DNA of 64,000 nucleotides from Squalus acanthias (lineage: Eukaryota): contig CM059446.1 of NCBI GenBank assembly GCA_030390025.1, positions 13,950,001 through 14,014,000 of the forward strand, read 5' to 3'. Of the stretch, positions 49,001-61,204 are shown in pieces; position 1 is the first letter of the stretch, and every line of letters starts with the position of its first letter. Under the pieces are notes generated by a model. The model had not been told where the DNA came from. It saw nothing but the letters and a program-made list of their open reading frames with translations, and ran no database searches. The position numbers and the translations under genes were made by a program.

Positions 49001-49069
49001 TTGGTCTATAGACATGAAGTAGCTCTCAGACCTACAGCGCAGGGAGAGGAGTGCAAGCCCTTCCTGAGC

Positions 49070-49493
49070 CCCTATAGTCATTGGAATTTAGAAGAATGAG
49101 GGGTGATCTTATTGAAACATATAAGATACTGAGGTGGCTCGACAAGGTAGATGCAGAGAGGATGTTTCCCCTCGTGGGGAAATCTAGAACTCGGGGGCAT
49201 AGTTTCAGAATAAAGGGTCACCCTTTTAGAACTGAGATGAGGAGGAATTTTTTCTCTCAGAGGGTCGTAAATCTGTAGAATTCTCTGCCCCAGAGAGCCG
49301 TGGAGGCTGGGTCATTAAATACATTTAAGGTGGAGATAGACAGATTTTTGCAAGATAAGGGAGTGAAGGGTTATGGGGAGCGGGCGGGGAAGTGGCTTTG
49401 AGCCCAAGATCAGCCATGATCTTATTGAATGGCGGAGCAGGCTCAAGGGGCCAAGTTGCCTATTCCTGCTCCTATGTCTTATGTTCTTATGTT
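49070..49493 (+). mobile_element. CR1 LINE 3' end (ORF2 C-terminus and 3' UTR)
   Basis: LEFRRMRGDLIETYKIL..SRTRGHSFRIKG..FRTEMRRNFFSQRVVNL; (TTCTTATG)n tail. Confidence 0.93.
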
Positions 49494-52400
49494 CCTGTGC
49501 TCTCACAAGCACCAGTCAAGGTGGGTGGCGGCCAGGTCAAAAGCAAATGCAAACCAGCAACAATGCAGAAATGAGTGAACCATTGACAATTTACGTGCTC
49601 CCGATGTTCTTTGGGCCTGCATGTGAAGAGTCTGGAAAACCTGATGTTTGCCCCGGAAATGGACAGTTGGCAATTATGCTTACGTGAAGCCACTGAAATT
49701 CAGTTTTCACCGAAAAACAAACTGAATTGTAAACATGATCCCAAAACGCTAATAAAAAAATCCTACAATGAAATGTAATAAAAAGTAATTGAACTTACTC
49801 ATTCACAGTGGAGCAGTGGCCTTGGTTAAAGGCCTTTATTCAGGGCTATTTGTCAGTTGTACAGTGTTTTTGTGTTGTCAGCTTTCGGAGGGCTGCGTCA
49901 GCTTTTTTTGAAGCTATTTATTAGATTTTCCAAGTTTTGCAGGTTACCATGTATATAAACCTTCAAGATCATCACCCCATTCCTCGTGATCCTTAACCAC
50001 TCAGCATTTCACCATGGCCTCATATTTATAACAGATAGAAAGTCCGTGTTTTCACGTGGCGAATGACTGCAGAAAGTGAGCTTCCGGCATTTGCAATTAG
50101 ATCGACTGAAAAAAATGCAAAGGCTGAGCAGCGAGAGAGAGAGAGAATGGAAAACCTGGATCTTTGGGGGGCATTTTCAAACATTGTATTCACCACAAAC
50201 AAAAGGTCAGCGTAAGATGTAAACAACAATGCTGGGTGACTTGTAAGAGCTTAAAAGGTTTCCTTTGTGAATCACAAAAAATAACGACCCAGTCAAGGTC
50301 GCCATTTTCATTTCCGTTTTCAAAACACACAAGTCATTAATAAGATGTACTTTTGCAGCTTTCCTGTTTACAGAACTTAAAGGGCCTATGCTGTTGAACT
50401 GTGACTATGGAGGAGATGACATTAATAGGTAGCTGTCTGCAACAGCATGACAAATTACCTTGGCAACAATGTTCTGACACGGTACTACTGGCAAACACAG
50501 AGTGAAGAATGAAGCCAGTACTCTTTATAAAGAGATCACAAAGTCATGCATAGTCTAAAAATGGCATATCGAGACATCTGGTAGTGCAGTGCAGTGGAGC
50601 ACTGGCATGCTGTGCCAATGAATGTTAAGATGAAGGTTCTCTCACATAATTTCCCTGCACAGTGGCTACCTATTCTTGGCTGGGCAATCAGTAAGAAGCA
50701 CCAAGTGTAAGCAAAGGAACCTGATCTGACAGCAAAAAGCAGAAGTTAGCAGGAAAATGAATTCACTGCTCGCAGTGTACTAGGAGCAGACTGGCTCCAA
50801 GAGTATCAATTGCAGAGGCCCGTTCTCCCTCTCGGTCACAAGGTGATTGCAATGGTTGGCGGGGGGGAATGCACAATATGGGAGAAATAGCTAAAAAAAT
50901 ATGGTGATGGAAAGGAAAGGAAAGATAGCATTTGAGGTTTTCCACATAATTTTATTCCCACCAAAAACAGTTACAGTTAGGCAAGCACTGGCTGCTCTCC
51001 ATAACCTCAACGAATGGCCATTTGTCATGTGTAAGTCCAGAAGATGATTGCTTATAGCTGACTCAACCAGCGAACTCAATAAAGACCAGGGATCGCACCT
51101 GGCACCCTCCTGCTCTGCACGGCTCAGTATAATATTAGCAGCTTGGCAGCAGTGTATGATTTATTTTAAATCTACCAATGAAGAAGTTATGTCCTTTTCT
51201 TGGTCTGTTAGGTGCCTGATGTGATGATTATGTCTCTGTATCCCTGACAGGTACCAACAACCAAGAGATTCTGCTTGCTTGATATGGAGTTCACCCTCTC
51301 TCCCTGTATCTATATAACTCACTTACCTAAACTCAGAGCTTAGTTTAACTGGCTACAACTACACAGCTTGCCTGAACTGATAAACTTCCAGATGTGTATC
51401 CAACTCGGACCACCCTGTTAGGATGTTGACTTGCATGGTTATATGGAACCATGGGGAAGAATCCCTGCTCCTTGTGATGAGTCCACCACTCCTGGTTCAG
51501 TTAGGCTGAAAAGTCAATCGCAAAGAGTGCTCTGGAGTACTGCAGATCAATCCAGCTCGGATATCAGATCAGATCGATGTGCCATAGAGGACTGACTCAA
51601 TTCCAACCTTCCAACCCCAGATGCATCAGCTTGCATCCAACTTAAGCCCAAGAAGACAATGCTTACTTTTCCAGGGTCGTCACAAGTTGATCACTCGGCA
51701 ACTGACGAGTGAAAATCTGAATCCTGGCTAAGTAGGTAGCAGATACTCTTTCCAAGTGGCATGATAATCAGCACAACTCATGTGAGTGCATTGCTACCAT
51801 CTGCCTGACCACAGCATGGACACACCCCATACCCCATTAATGGGCAATTCCATTAACTGCAGGCATTGAGCTTCAGCAACAACTGTTTGCTTCTCTGTAA
51901 CTCAATCAAGATAAACGCTAAACCCTGGATGTATGAGTGTCTGTTCACATACGACACCTTGCAGCAGCTGTCATCCCAAGCCTCCGAGTTTCCTCATTAG
52001 CTATACGATAGCCCAATACAGTTCCGCTAGGAAAAAAAATCCAGGTAGCTTCACCAGCAACAAAAAAATTACAGAAAGCTACGCAAAACAAATAGCAATG
52101 TGCTAGCCATTATTATATTCTACACATCAAACTCCAGTGCCACAGGCTTACTCGTCACCACATGCTTAATCCACAACCTCATGTAAAGAGTCCTTGCAAA
52201 GGAATGCCAGCTGTGAGCTTGGTTCTGCTTACGAGTGCTGTATGCAGATAAGTACAAGTTTGGTTTTAGGCTGCAAACTAAACTGAAAATTCCCAAATAG
52301 TGCTGATCTCTAATTGGCTGAAGGAACAATACTTCTATCAATCTTCATTAAGATAACATTTTTTATACTATGCGGAGTATGTGCTAGCGATCCCTTATCA

Positions 52401-53369
52401 GTGCTAGCTTCTCTCTTGTCTACATTTTGCTGCCAGAATTGATCGATGTTCACTGGACTGAGGAGTGCTGGTGCTCCTCTATTCTACTGCTCAAAAATCA
52501 AGTGACAGCAGTTCACTGCTCACTGATGATGTCATCATGTCTGCTAACCTGATTTTCTCACTTACTCAACCAGTGATACCAGTTCATTAATTGTCTGCAC
52601 ATGCACAAACCATGGTTTGCTCCACAGATTGTTATTGCATGCCCTGTACCCCACAGCGAGTGTCTGGGTTTGGGGAGGCTGCAGGCTGGTACATTTTGTT
52701 TTGAAGATTTTCTATTCATCTGAGAACCACCTAACGTGGGAGAAATGGTGACATTGTGGGTTGCCCGGAGGTTGCATGTGCAAGCAATACAGGAAATGCC
52801 CATTCTGTGTCCATATGTAAGCTCATTTCATTTCATTTGTATGTTTGGACCTTTATTTTTGTGCCTACTACACTTGGAGAATATAGGTTTCTTCCCCCCT
52901 CTCCTCCAAATTTTCCACTTTCACCTGTACTGAAAGTAGTGACTCATGGTAGGGGCATCATAGGATGAGACTTAATCTGCTAACTTCAGACACACACACA
53001 TACACAAAGACAGAGACACTTCTTGCAGTGGGCCAGCCCTTTCTGATCAGGTGCAGAAATCCAACCAATTGTTTCCCTCCCTATCCCAGGGCCATTAGGA
53101 CAGTCCCAGCTCCACCCTGACCTTATGAATTGTGCAGGGCGGGTTTCAGACAGAAATCCTGCTCCTGCCTCGTTGTCCACTGCGGGGGTGGGGGTGGAAT
53201 CTGTTCCAGTTGCGGCAGTTAAAAGGTTAGAAGCGCAGCAGCTGGATGAGAAAAGGAGAGAGCAAACGGGAAGACTGCGTGCAAGAGGCCTGGAGCTAGA
53301 TCTGGACCTTAAGACAGAATTGCAATGGCAGAAGGGGGAGCAACATCAAGGGGGTTTGACATGGCCAAA

Positions 53370-53586
53370 GCCCCAAGATTTTCAGAAGCTGAGGTGAAGG
53401 TCATGTTGGCTGGCATAAGGCCAAGAAGATAAAGATTCCTTGGCACCCAGGGAATGAAGCCCCAGAGGAAGGAGGTTCAGGAATTTTGGAAGGAGGTGGT
53501 GCTGGTGGTCACTGCCAACTCAACCACCTCTTGAAAGCGTATTCAGTGCCATAAATGTTGTAATGATCTCAGCAGGTTGGCTAAGG
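53370..53586 (+). pseudogene. Harbinger Myb/SANT-like exon remnant
   Basis: PRFSEAEVKVML..FWKEVVLVVTANSTTS*KRIQCHKCCNDLSRLAK followed by the donor gtaagt. Confidence 0.8.
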
Positions 53587-54688
53587 TAAGTGAAGGCATG
53601 AATGTGCATGCAGATGCAGAAGCACGACTCACTTCCATACCATCCAGAACCACATAATGTAAAAGAACAGATGGATGAGACGGTTATTAAGCACAAGATA
53701 CCCTCACTGTTCCCCTCATGGCAATGCCTCCTCTCCCAGCATTCCACTGTCCCATATCAATAGCATCTTCACAAGGGGAATATCTGTAGAAACCTGGGTG
53801 GAATGAAACTGTGAATGCGTCAGTGGCCTGTCTAAATCTTTGTGTTCTTTGCAAAAGAGATGCATGTGCACAAAGCAAAGTGGTGCCACAAGTGGAGGAA
53901 CGGCAAGCATCAAGCCCAAATAGACATGAGGGGGATGCTCGACAACTCATCAGCAGGGAGGCAGCGGGAGATGGAGAGGTAGGAGGAGAGCTGTCAGGTT
54001 CAGGTTGGTAATGGGATGTATCTCTTACAGTACTGTAAGTGTTTGCTGTCTTCAGACATTCGGATGACTTGAAAGGCCTCCTATTATTGCTCAGTCACAT
54101 CTTCTCATTTGCAACTCAGAGTGCTTCCTCCTAAAATTCATGTCTCTGTATCCCTGACAGGTGCTGAACACTAACAGAAAGAAATATCTGATGAGCTGCT
54201 GGCACCTCCAGAGAGCATCTTCCTGTACCTGATTCACTCATTCCACGAGGACACCTTACATCTTGAAGCACCAGCCCAGATACACCCACTCAGGAGGAGG
54301 TGAAAAGTGAGACAGACTACATCATAGGGTGAATCACAAAGCATCAGTGAGTAAGAGGAGCTGGGAGGGAATAATGTGGAAGCAGTCATCTCTCCTCAAA
54401 GGGGGCAATAATAAATCCCCTCAGCTGAGGAACCCATGCACCAAAATGACAGGGGCACAGTGCGTAAAAAATCTATGATTCAGAAGCACTGATCACATAC
54501 AGGCTCTGCATGATCAAGAGAGTCTCATCTTGTGTTGCAGACAGGGGATAAAGTTGAAGGGATCCAAAAACCGCATCGGCAACACCATGCAGGATGTGTG
54601 GCATGACGTGAAGAACACCTTGGTGAGTGTGGCAGTCCAGGAGATGAAGGTAGCATCAAGACATCAGGAATAGGTCCTAAGGACAACT

Positions 54689-54755
54689 CTGTTTCTCTCT
54701 CCACGGATGCTGCCTGGCCTGCTGAGTTTTTCCAGCGTTTTCTGTTGTTATTCCG
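54689..54755 (+). mobile_element. Short Penelope-like insert (family of 23329-23464)
   Basis: ctgtttctctctccacggatgctgcctggcctgctgagtttttccagcgttttctg, flanked by 10-bp TSD AAGGACAACT (54679-54688, 54756-54765). Confidence 0.8.
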
Positions 54756-55459
54756 AAGGACAACTGTTGCTTCTAGAGTGGCAGCAATGACTGCTTCTAC
54801 AGATGTGCTGAAGAACAATAGCTCAGGGTTTTCAGGACTTAGCTGGAACTATTTGGCCTGCTCTTGCACGCTTGTGGGCTGCAAGGAGTGGTTGCAGATG
54901 TCGCAATTTTTCATGGTAGTGACTGCATCAGTACAGCCTCCTCCAATGCCAGCACAGGAGGGAGCTTCTGATCTGGGCCTGGCAGGCACTGAACGCATAA
55001 GAGGCATGGCACTAGAGGCAGACCCTGCAAGGACATCAGCATTACTGAGACGAATGCTACCTCAGTCCTCAAGGGCTCCATCCGTACAGTTCCAGCTACA
55101 AACCTCACAATCCCCTGACGCTGAAGTAGCACCACACTGCAGTAACAGGGTAGGGTTATTTGTGAAGAGAGTTTTAGGCACAAAAGGTAGACACAAAAAT
55201 AAATCCGCTCAGCTGAGGAGCCTATGCACCAAAGACATAATGAAGGGACAAATTGAAAGTAAAGATGTACATACTTGGTGCGCTTTGTGTATGTGTGTTT
55301 TTCCAATGCAGGCCTCCAGTTATATATTTTACATGATGATTCACATTTGCAATTATCTTCTCCTCGAGAGGATATGAGAGATGTCACAGATTTAAAGATC
55401 GGTTATCTGAGAGGCAAGGGATCATAAAGAGCCTTTTGTGGTACGCAGATGCGGGACAC

Positions 55460-56590
55460 CCTGGAAGAAGTTGCTGATGATCTCCTGCCTGATGGCACGT
55501 GTTGCTGATGGTGGATGTGTCCAGGTCGACCTCCTCTCTCTCCTGGGCATCTTTGCCTTGATCAGGGGACTGTTTTTTTCGACCCCCCTTCTTCACCTTG
55601 TGTGTTTGGAAGGCAAGTCCCATTACAAAGGGAGGATGTAGCAAGCCACTACAATTCTTCAATTCTTTGCTGGACTGTATTGCAGGGCTCCCCCTGACCT
55701 GTCCACCCCATGCAAACAAGACGTGAGAATTTCAATGGTCTGCTCAACTATTTTTCAGATAGCATCCAAGACTTCGTTGTACCTGTTTTCAGCTGTCTTC
55801 AGCCTCTGCCCTTGGATGACAAAAGGGAGTCATTTGACAAAGCTGCCATGTGTACATCTAGTCTCCAATCAGCCATTTTGCTCTGGCTGATCAGTGTAGG
55901 TATCCTGGATTGCCTGAGGATAAAAGAATCATGGCTACTTGCTGGATAGCACACGTTGACGACAACAACAACAACTTGTATTTATATAGCGCCTTTAACG
56001 TAGTAAAACGTCCCAAGGCGCTGCACAGGAGTATTTTAAGATAAAAAATTTGACACTGAGCCACATAAGGATAAATTAGGTCAGGTGACCAAAAGCTTGG
56101 TCAAAGAGGTAGGTTTTAAGGAGCGTCTTAAAGGAGGAAAGAGAGGTAGCAAGGCGAAGAGGTTTAGGCAGGGAATTCCAGAGCTTAAGGCCTAGGCAAC
56201 AGAAGGCACGGCCACCAATGGTTGAGCGATTATAATCAGGGATGCTCAAGAGGGCAGAATTAGAGGAGCGCAGATATCTCGGTGGGTTGTGGGGCTGAAG
56301 GAGATTACAGGGATAGGGAGGGGCGAGGCCATGGAGGGATTTGAAAACAAGGATGAGAATTTTGAAATCGAGGCGCTGCTTAACTGGGAGCCAATGTAGG
56401 CCAGCAAGCACAGGGGTGATGGGTGAACGGGACTTGGTGCATGCAGAATGAGATGGGTTGCATCACATGACTGTACATTGAGTGAATGAAATCATGTTCA
56501 TGAAATTGATGCTACTTTCAGAAGGGGCTTTAATTATCACATCAATGACTTGTACTTGGGGGGGTCCAGCCACTCTGAAGATCTCTGTCT
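55460..56590 (-). pseudogene. HARBI1-like transposase remnant split by L2
   Basis: FRVAGPPQVQVID..IKAP, FHSLNVQ..CDATHLILH | VNVCYPASSHDSFILRQSRIP..KWLIGD*..MTPF..ENRYNE..VEQTIEIL..DRSGGALQYSP. Confidence 0.85.
55961..56440 (-). mobile_element. Young L2 LINE 3' end
   Basis: Open C-terminal frame LHWLPVKQRLDFKILILVFKSLHGLAPPY..LRSS..GGRAF..LWNSLP..FKTLLKTYLF; (TTG)n tail. Confidence 0.95.
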
Positions 56591-57085
56591 CTACTGATTA
56601 AACATAACTCTCTTTAAATTTTCTGCAAGATTCAATACCTTGAAATACTCAAATATTTGTAGTGGGAGTGACTTCTAGCCAATGCAATGCTACAAATTGT
56701 AAGCCAATATGATCTTTTACCTTCCCGACCTTTTCCCAACTGTGGGACATTGTATTGGCGCACCACCACCACCTTTATAGTGAAGGTGATTTGTAAGGAT
56801 AATAATTTGGCAGAAACTCAGGAGAAATCCCTGGGACGACTCGGTCATACCGTCAACCACCTTCATGCGCATGCTGTGTGACACACTTAAGGCAGTCGAC
56901 TAAGAGTTACAGTGGGGTCATAGGAAGGAAATCATGGCTGCCATTTGGGATGGAGTTTTGACAGAAGGGCTTTCAGTCCCATTTCCCTTACCAAACCTCT
57001 TCAGTCCTGTCTGAAAATGGGCTGTTTTTGCAAGGAAAATTCAGGCCCAGGAATCAGCCCACCATGCAGTGCATTTGCCCACTCA

Positions 57086-57136
57086 AGTGAGAAGTCGCAA
57101 CACCAGGTTATAGTCCAACAGTTTTATTTGAAATCA
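57086..57136 (-). mobile_element. Single truncated arm of the palindromic Penelope-like family
   Basis: gtgagaagtcgcaacaccaggttatagtccaacagttttatttgaaatca; CACTCA on both flanks (57080-57085, 57137-57142). Confidence 0.8.
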
Positions 57137-59029
57137 CACTCAGGCATCGGACAGGAACGTAAGAAAGAGATCTTTTTGCGAACAAATGCAAGTGAGGTCT
57201 GTCTGCACCTGAATTTGTTATATTTTGCTGGCACAAATGGAGGCCAGAATTGGGGTCCAGGTCTTCAACGGATGTTCTGTGTCACAATCACTTTGCAGCT
57301 TGCAACAGTTGGACAGTAAATGGATCCTCAGATTTCTTTCATCTTTGTTTGCAAAGAGGGTGGTTTTGATTAGGTAAAGAAAGATGAACGTAAGCACATC
57401 AGCTATGATTAGAAGCTCCATTCCCTCTCTCTCTCTCTCTACACCCCCAGCTGTTTTTGAGGAGTCTGGGGCAAGATTCATTTGCTGTCACTGATCTACG
57501 AACTGGGTCAGAGGTTAACAGAAGGTCAGGCTGTGACTGAAGCTGACACTTTGATCCCCTGTTGTCTGCTAGGAATCCAACAGGTGGCATGACATCACCA
57601 CACTTTAAAGAATATAGATGAGCGCTAACTTCATTTGCATGCAAAAGAGTGTAAAATACTTTTATACACACTTGAATCACCCAAAGCAATTCAAACCCCT
57701 TTGGCTTATTTCTAGATCAAACGAAGGATCCGCTTTCACAAATACAGAGATGTTATTTTGCTTTAGAGACGTGCTCACATCTCAAAATGGATTTTAAATT
57801 AAAGAAACGTGCATAGGACAGGTTTAGCTGCATTACATGTGAATTCCATCCTTCTGTGCGAAGTCATCAGATGTTTATCTTGAACCTTCAATGTTTTTTC
57901 TTGTTAACTCTTCTCATATCCTCTCACCATTTGGCTTTAATATCCTAAATGCTTTTTTAAGCTAACTCCTGTCTGCCCTGACTAATTTCCTCTCTAGCTG
58001 AGAGATCAGAGGCTTTCCTCACTGCTGTTCCTTTGCACCGGTGAAGCCCCTCGTAATCCTGCTGCTTGTCTACAATTAATCTTTCCAGTTGCCACATTAT
58101 TAACACTACCACCCACAGACAGAGAATGCCTGAGCTCCACTGGACATTAGCTCCTGCGGGAGAGGCAGAAATGTCAATCAAGCTCTGGTCAGAAAGCTCC
58201 CTGCTGTCAACATCAGAGATTTCATACCCTTCCGACTGCTGATCAAACATTTCTTTCCTGGAAGATTAATTCACAATCCCACCCATTTCCTCCCATATCC
58301 TCTCTCCTTTTAAGTTTATTCAATGACCCATCCTGTATCGAAGGAAGAGGCTCTGGTACCCTTTAAAAATTGAGCAAACCAAAGTAGAAATCCCGTGTGC
58401 TGTAAAATTTATTTTCCCTTTAAAGCTGATCAGATTAGGCATGACCAACAAGGGTTCTCTTTGATCGTATGCTATAGAAGTTCACACAGAAAAATAATCA
58501 CAAGACAAGGTTGATTTGGTTGACAGGACTACAGTAAACCTCCTTACAAGCTAATCGATTTTACTTTGATATCTTTTTGTTATTCTTTTCTCAATTGGCA
58601 CTAAGGCACTTTGCAAGCCACAAAAAGCAAACCTCCTGAGACCTAAGCATCTATGCTGTCATTCATCATTCCATTTGAAAACATTATGCACTAATGTGGA
58701 TAACATCCTGTGCTCCTTGAGTAAGCACTTCTCTATCCAACCTTGAGCCAAAAAGCATCACACGCTTACACACAAAGCATAAAGACAAGCCCTTTTCATT
58801 AATTCAGGTGGACATACGCCACACCCTATAGTGAGCAGAAGAGGGTGCTGTGTGCAGTGATTTGCATTTAAGACAAGTCAGGTCACAAAGTCTAATGAAG
58901 GGAAGCCATGAGGTACCACAATGGCCCCACCACCCCCTGTGCCAAATGTATCATATCTGCCAGGTGTTAGTAGTTCCCTTGTTACTTCATAAATAATTAA
59001 AGATTGTATTACAAAATAGAACACATATA

Positions 59030-59316
59030 ACAACAACAACTTGCATTTATATAGCACCTTTCACATAGTAAGAATTTCCCACGGCGCTTGACAGGAGCGT
59101 TATCAGACAAATTTGACACCGAGCCACATAAAGAGATCTTAGGACAGGTGATCAAAAGCTTGGTCAAAGAGGTAGGTTTTAAGGAGTGACTTAAAGGAGG
59201 AGAGAGAGGTGGAGAAGCGGAAAGGTTTAGAGAGGGAATTCCAGAGCTTAGGGCCTAGACAGCTGAAGACACGGCCGCCAATGGTGAAGCTTTGAAAATC
59301 GGGGTTGCCCAAGAGC
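59030..59316 (-). mobile_element. L2 LINE 3' end
   Basis: acaacaacaacttgcatttatatagcacc..ggtcaaagaggtaggttttaagg..gggaattccagagcttagggcc. Confidence 0.9.
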
Positions 59317-61204
59317 TCACAATGTATGTTTATATGTTATTATTTAATATTTATAAGCAATATTGAGCATTTGCAGAAAACAGTTTTCTTCATATTTGTA
59401 TTATTTATTTACAAAAGATCTGTTTTTTTGTACATGTACCTTTGATTATTTACTTTGACCACCAGATTAAAATAAATTTCAAACCACATTGATAACTTCA
59501 GCATAAAACTGCTCATACGACACATGTTCCTAGAAATTAAGCAACTGCCTCACGTGCCAATGTTGGAACTACAGTAACTTTCTCTTCTCCTCCTTCTCCC
59601 CAAATCATCACGGTGAACACTTCACAACAAGGTTACCAACTGACTCTGTGTTGTCCCTCTTTCTCTCTCCCTGCTGTGCCACACTCCCCGCTCCCCAAAG
59701 TGTAGTGCTGTCCTACTCTTTTCGTTTTACCTACCTGCCACTGCTCAATCTTTTTTGGGTCTGGAGGCCATTTTGCCTCCAGTTGCTGTTGCTTTCCTTA
59801 TTTGCATTTTGCTTCCTTTTACACTTTTTTGAATCTCTCAACTTGCATTTCTCCACACCAGAACTGCCACTTTCTTCCAGCTTGTTTTTTTCCACTGCAT
59901 GTGAAATTTCTCACAGTCAAGTCCTCTGTATTGCTCTCCTTACTCTCACTCTTGTCCCAACATCTCCTTGGTGCCATCTCTCACTTTCTTACAAAGTTGT
60001 CTGACGTTTCACAAACAAAGACCACACATTCCATATTGATGATCAATATTGCTAGTATACTAAACTTAAAAACATTTAAATGTGCAAAATAAAATCCAAA
60101 CCTCTTCCCAACAGCTCAGAGGAGATCAGGGACTTGTAAGTTCATGCCCAGAAATTGCATCAGACCATTCCTCATGCTGCATACTGGTCAAGAATTAATC
60201 AACAAGCTGGTTAACTAATGGTATGCTTCACCAGTTTCACGACCGTCTTTACAGGGAAAGCACACTTTGAAGCAATTTCAATTGACAAAAGCTGACCGAA
60301 GTAATTCAGCCCAATAGTGCCTTTATACAAGGACAGCAAATTAGGACACATCAAGTTACTTTAAAAACCAGGCACTGATCACACACAAAAGCATTCTTGT
60401 CACCAATGAAACAGGAGTCACATTTCAGTAGTAAATTACATATTATTAGCTAAATAAGAAACTGTGAGTAAAAAAGACCAGAACACTTTTAAAGAGATAA
60501 AAGATTTGGGTTTTGACAGTTAAAAGTGAACTGGAATTATTTTAATAATAACTATGTAACAACTTTGCATCTTTTAAGCTATTAAAAATATAAATAAAGA
60601 AATGACTCTGGAATCATCTGTACTTTGAGCCACCGCAGCGCTGAAAAATAGGTACAAGCGCAGCACTGTGCTGAAGGGAAATGTAAATCTGCAGAGCAAA
60701 ACAATAATCATGGGTACAAAAATCTTCTAAATTATGACCAATATGTTTTTCTTTTCCTTTGAATGCAAAGCCGACTAGCAACAGAATTTGTAGCATATGA
60801 AGCACAAAGTTTAAAGAAATATAATATTTGTGAGTTTTGCCAGTAAAAGATGAAATGTGATCTATTTTACTGGAAACTGTACCCAGCTTAAACTCTTAAA
60901 GCTAGCCCTGACTGATCTTAGTATTTTTCATTGAAACCTAAGCCTAATAAAATCTAATAAAGATGACCTCTATGCAACACATATCTTTATTTGCCAGCCC
61001 ATGAAAATGTACGTTCAGAAGAGGAACTGAACACTGCTGTCTGAGTTGTAAACTGAATAACTGTGATGTAATTCTGGTAACCAATATTAAACAGGCAGCC
61101 GCTTGTCCGCAAAAAGCCTATTTTTCAAATGATCAAATTAATGTGACACGCCAGCTTTTTGTTTGGCTTGGTCTTATGTTTAGATCCATAGGCACTCTTA
61201 CAAG

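Larger units (their letters stand above)
53030..57048. mobile_element. Near-complete but decayed PIF/Harbinger transposon with nested inserts
   Basis: Right end GAAAATTCAGGCCC; left end GGGCCAGCCC (partly deleted). Myb gene on + strand, transposase on - strand, convergent. Confidence 0.75.

Noticed and set aside
54745-55377. 210-aa ORF, the longest in the window
   Set aside because: Non-ATG start inside a Penelope-like insert, running through the decayed Harbinger second-ORF region whose upstream exon has stops; not a credible gene.
55812-55832. miR-204/211-like sequence on the minus strand
   Set aside because: Imperfect match, no precursor hairpin, and it lies within the transposase remnant.
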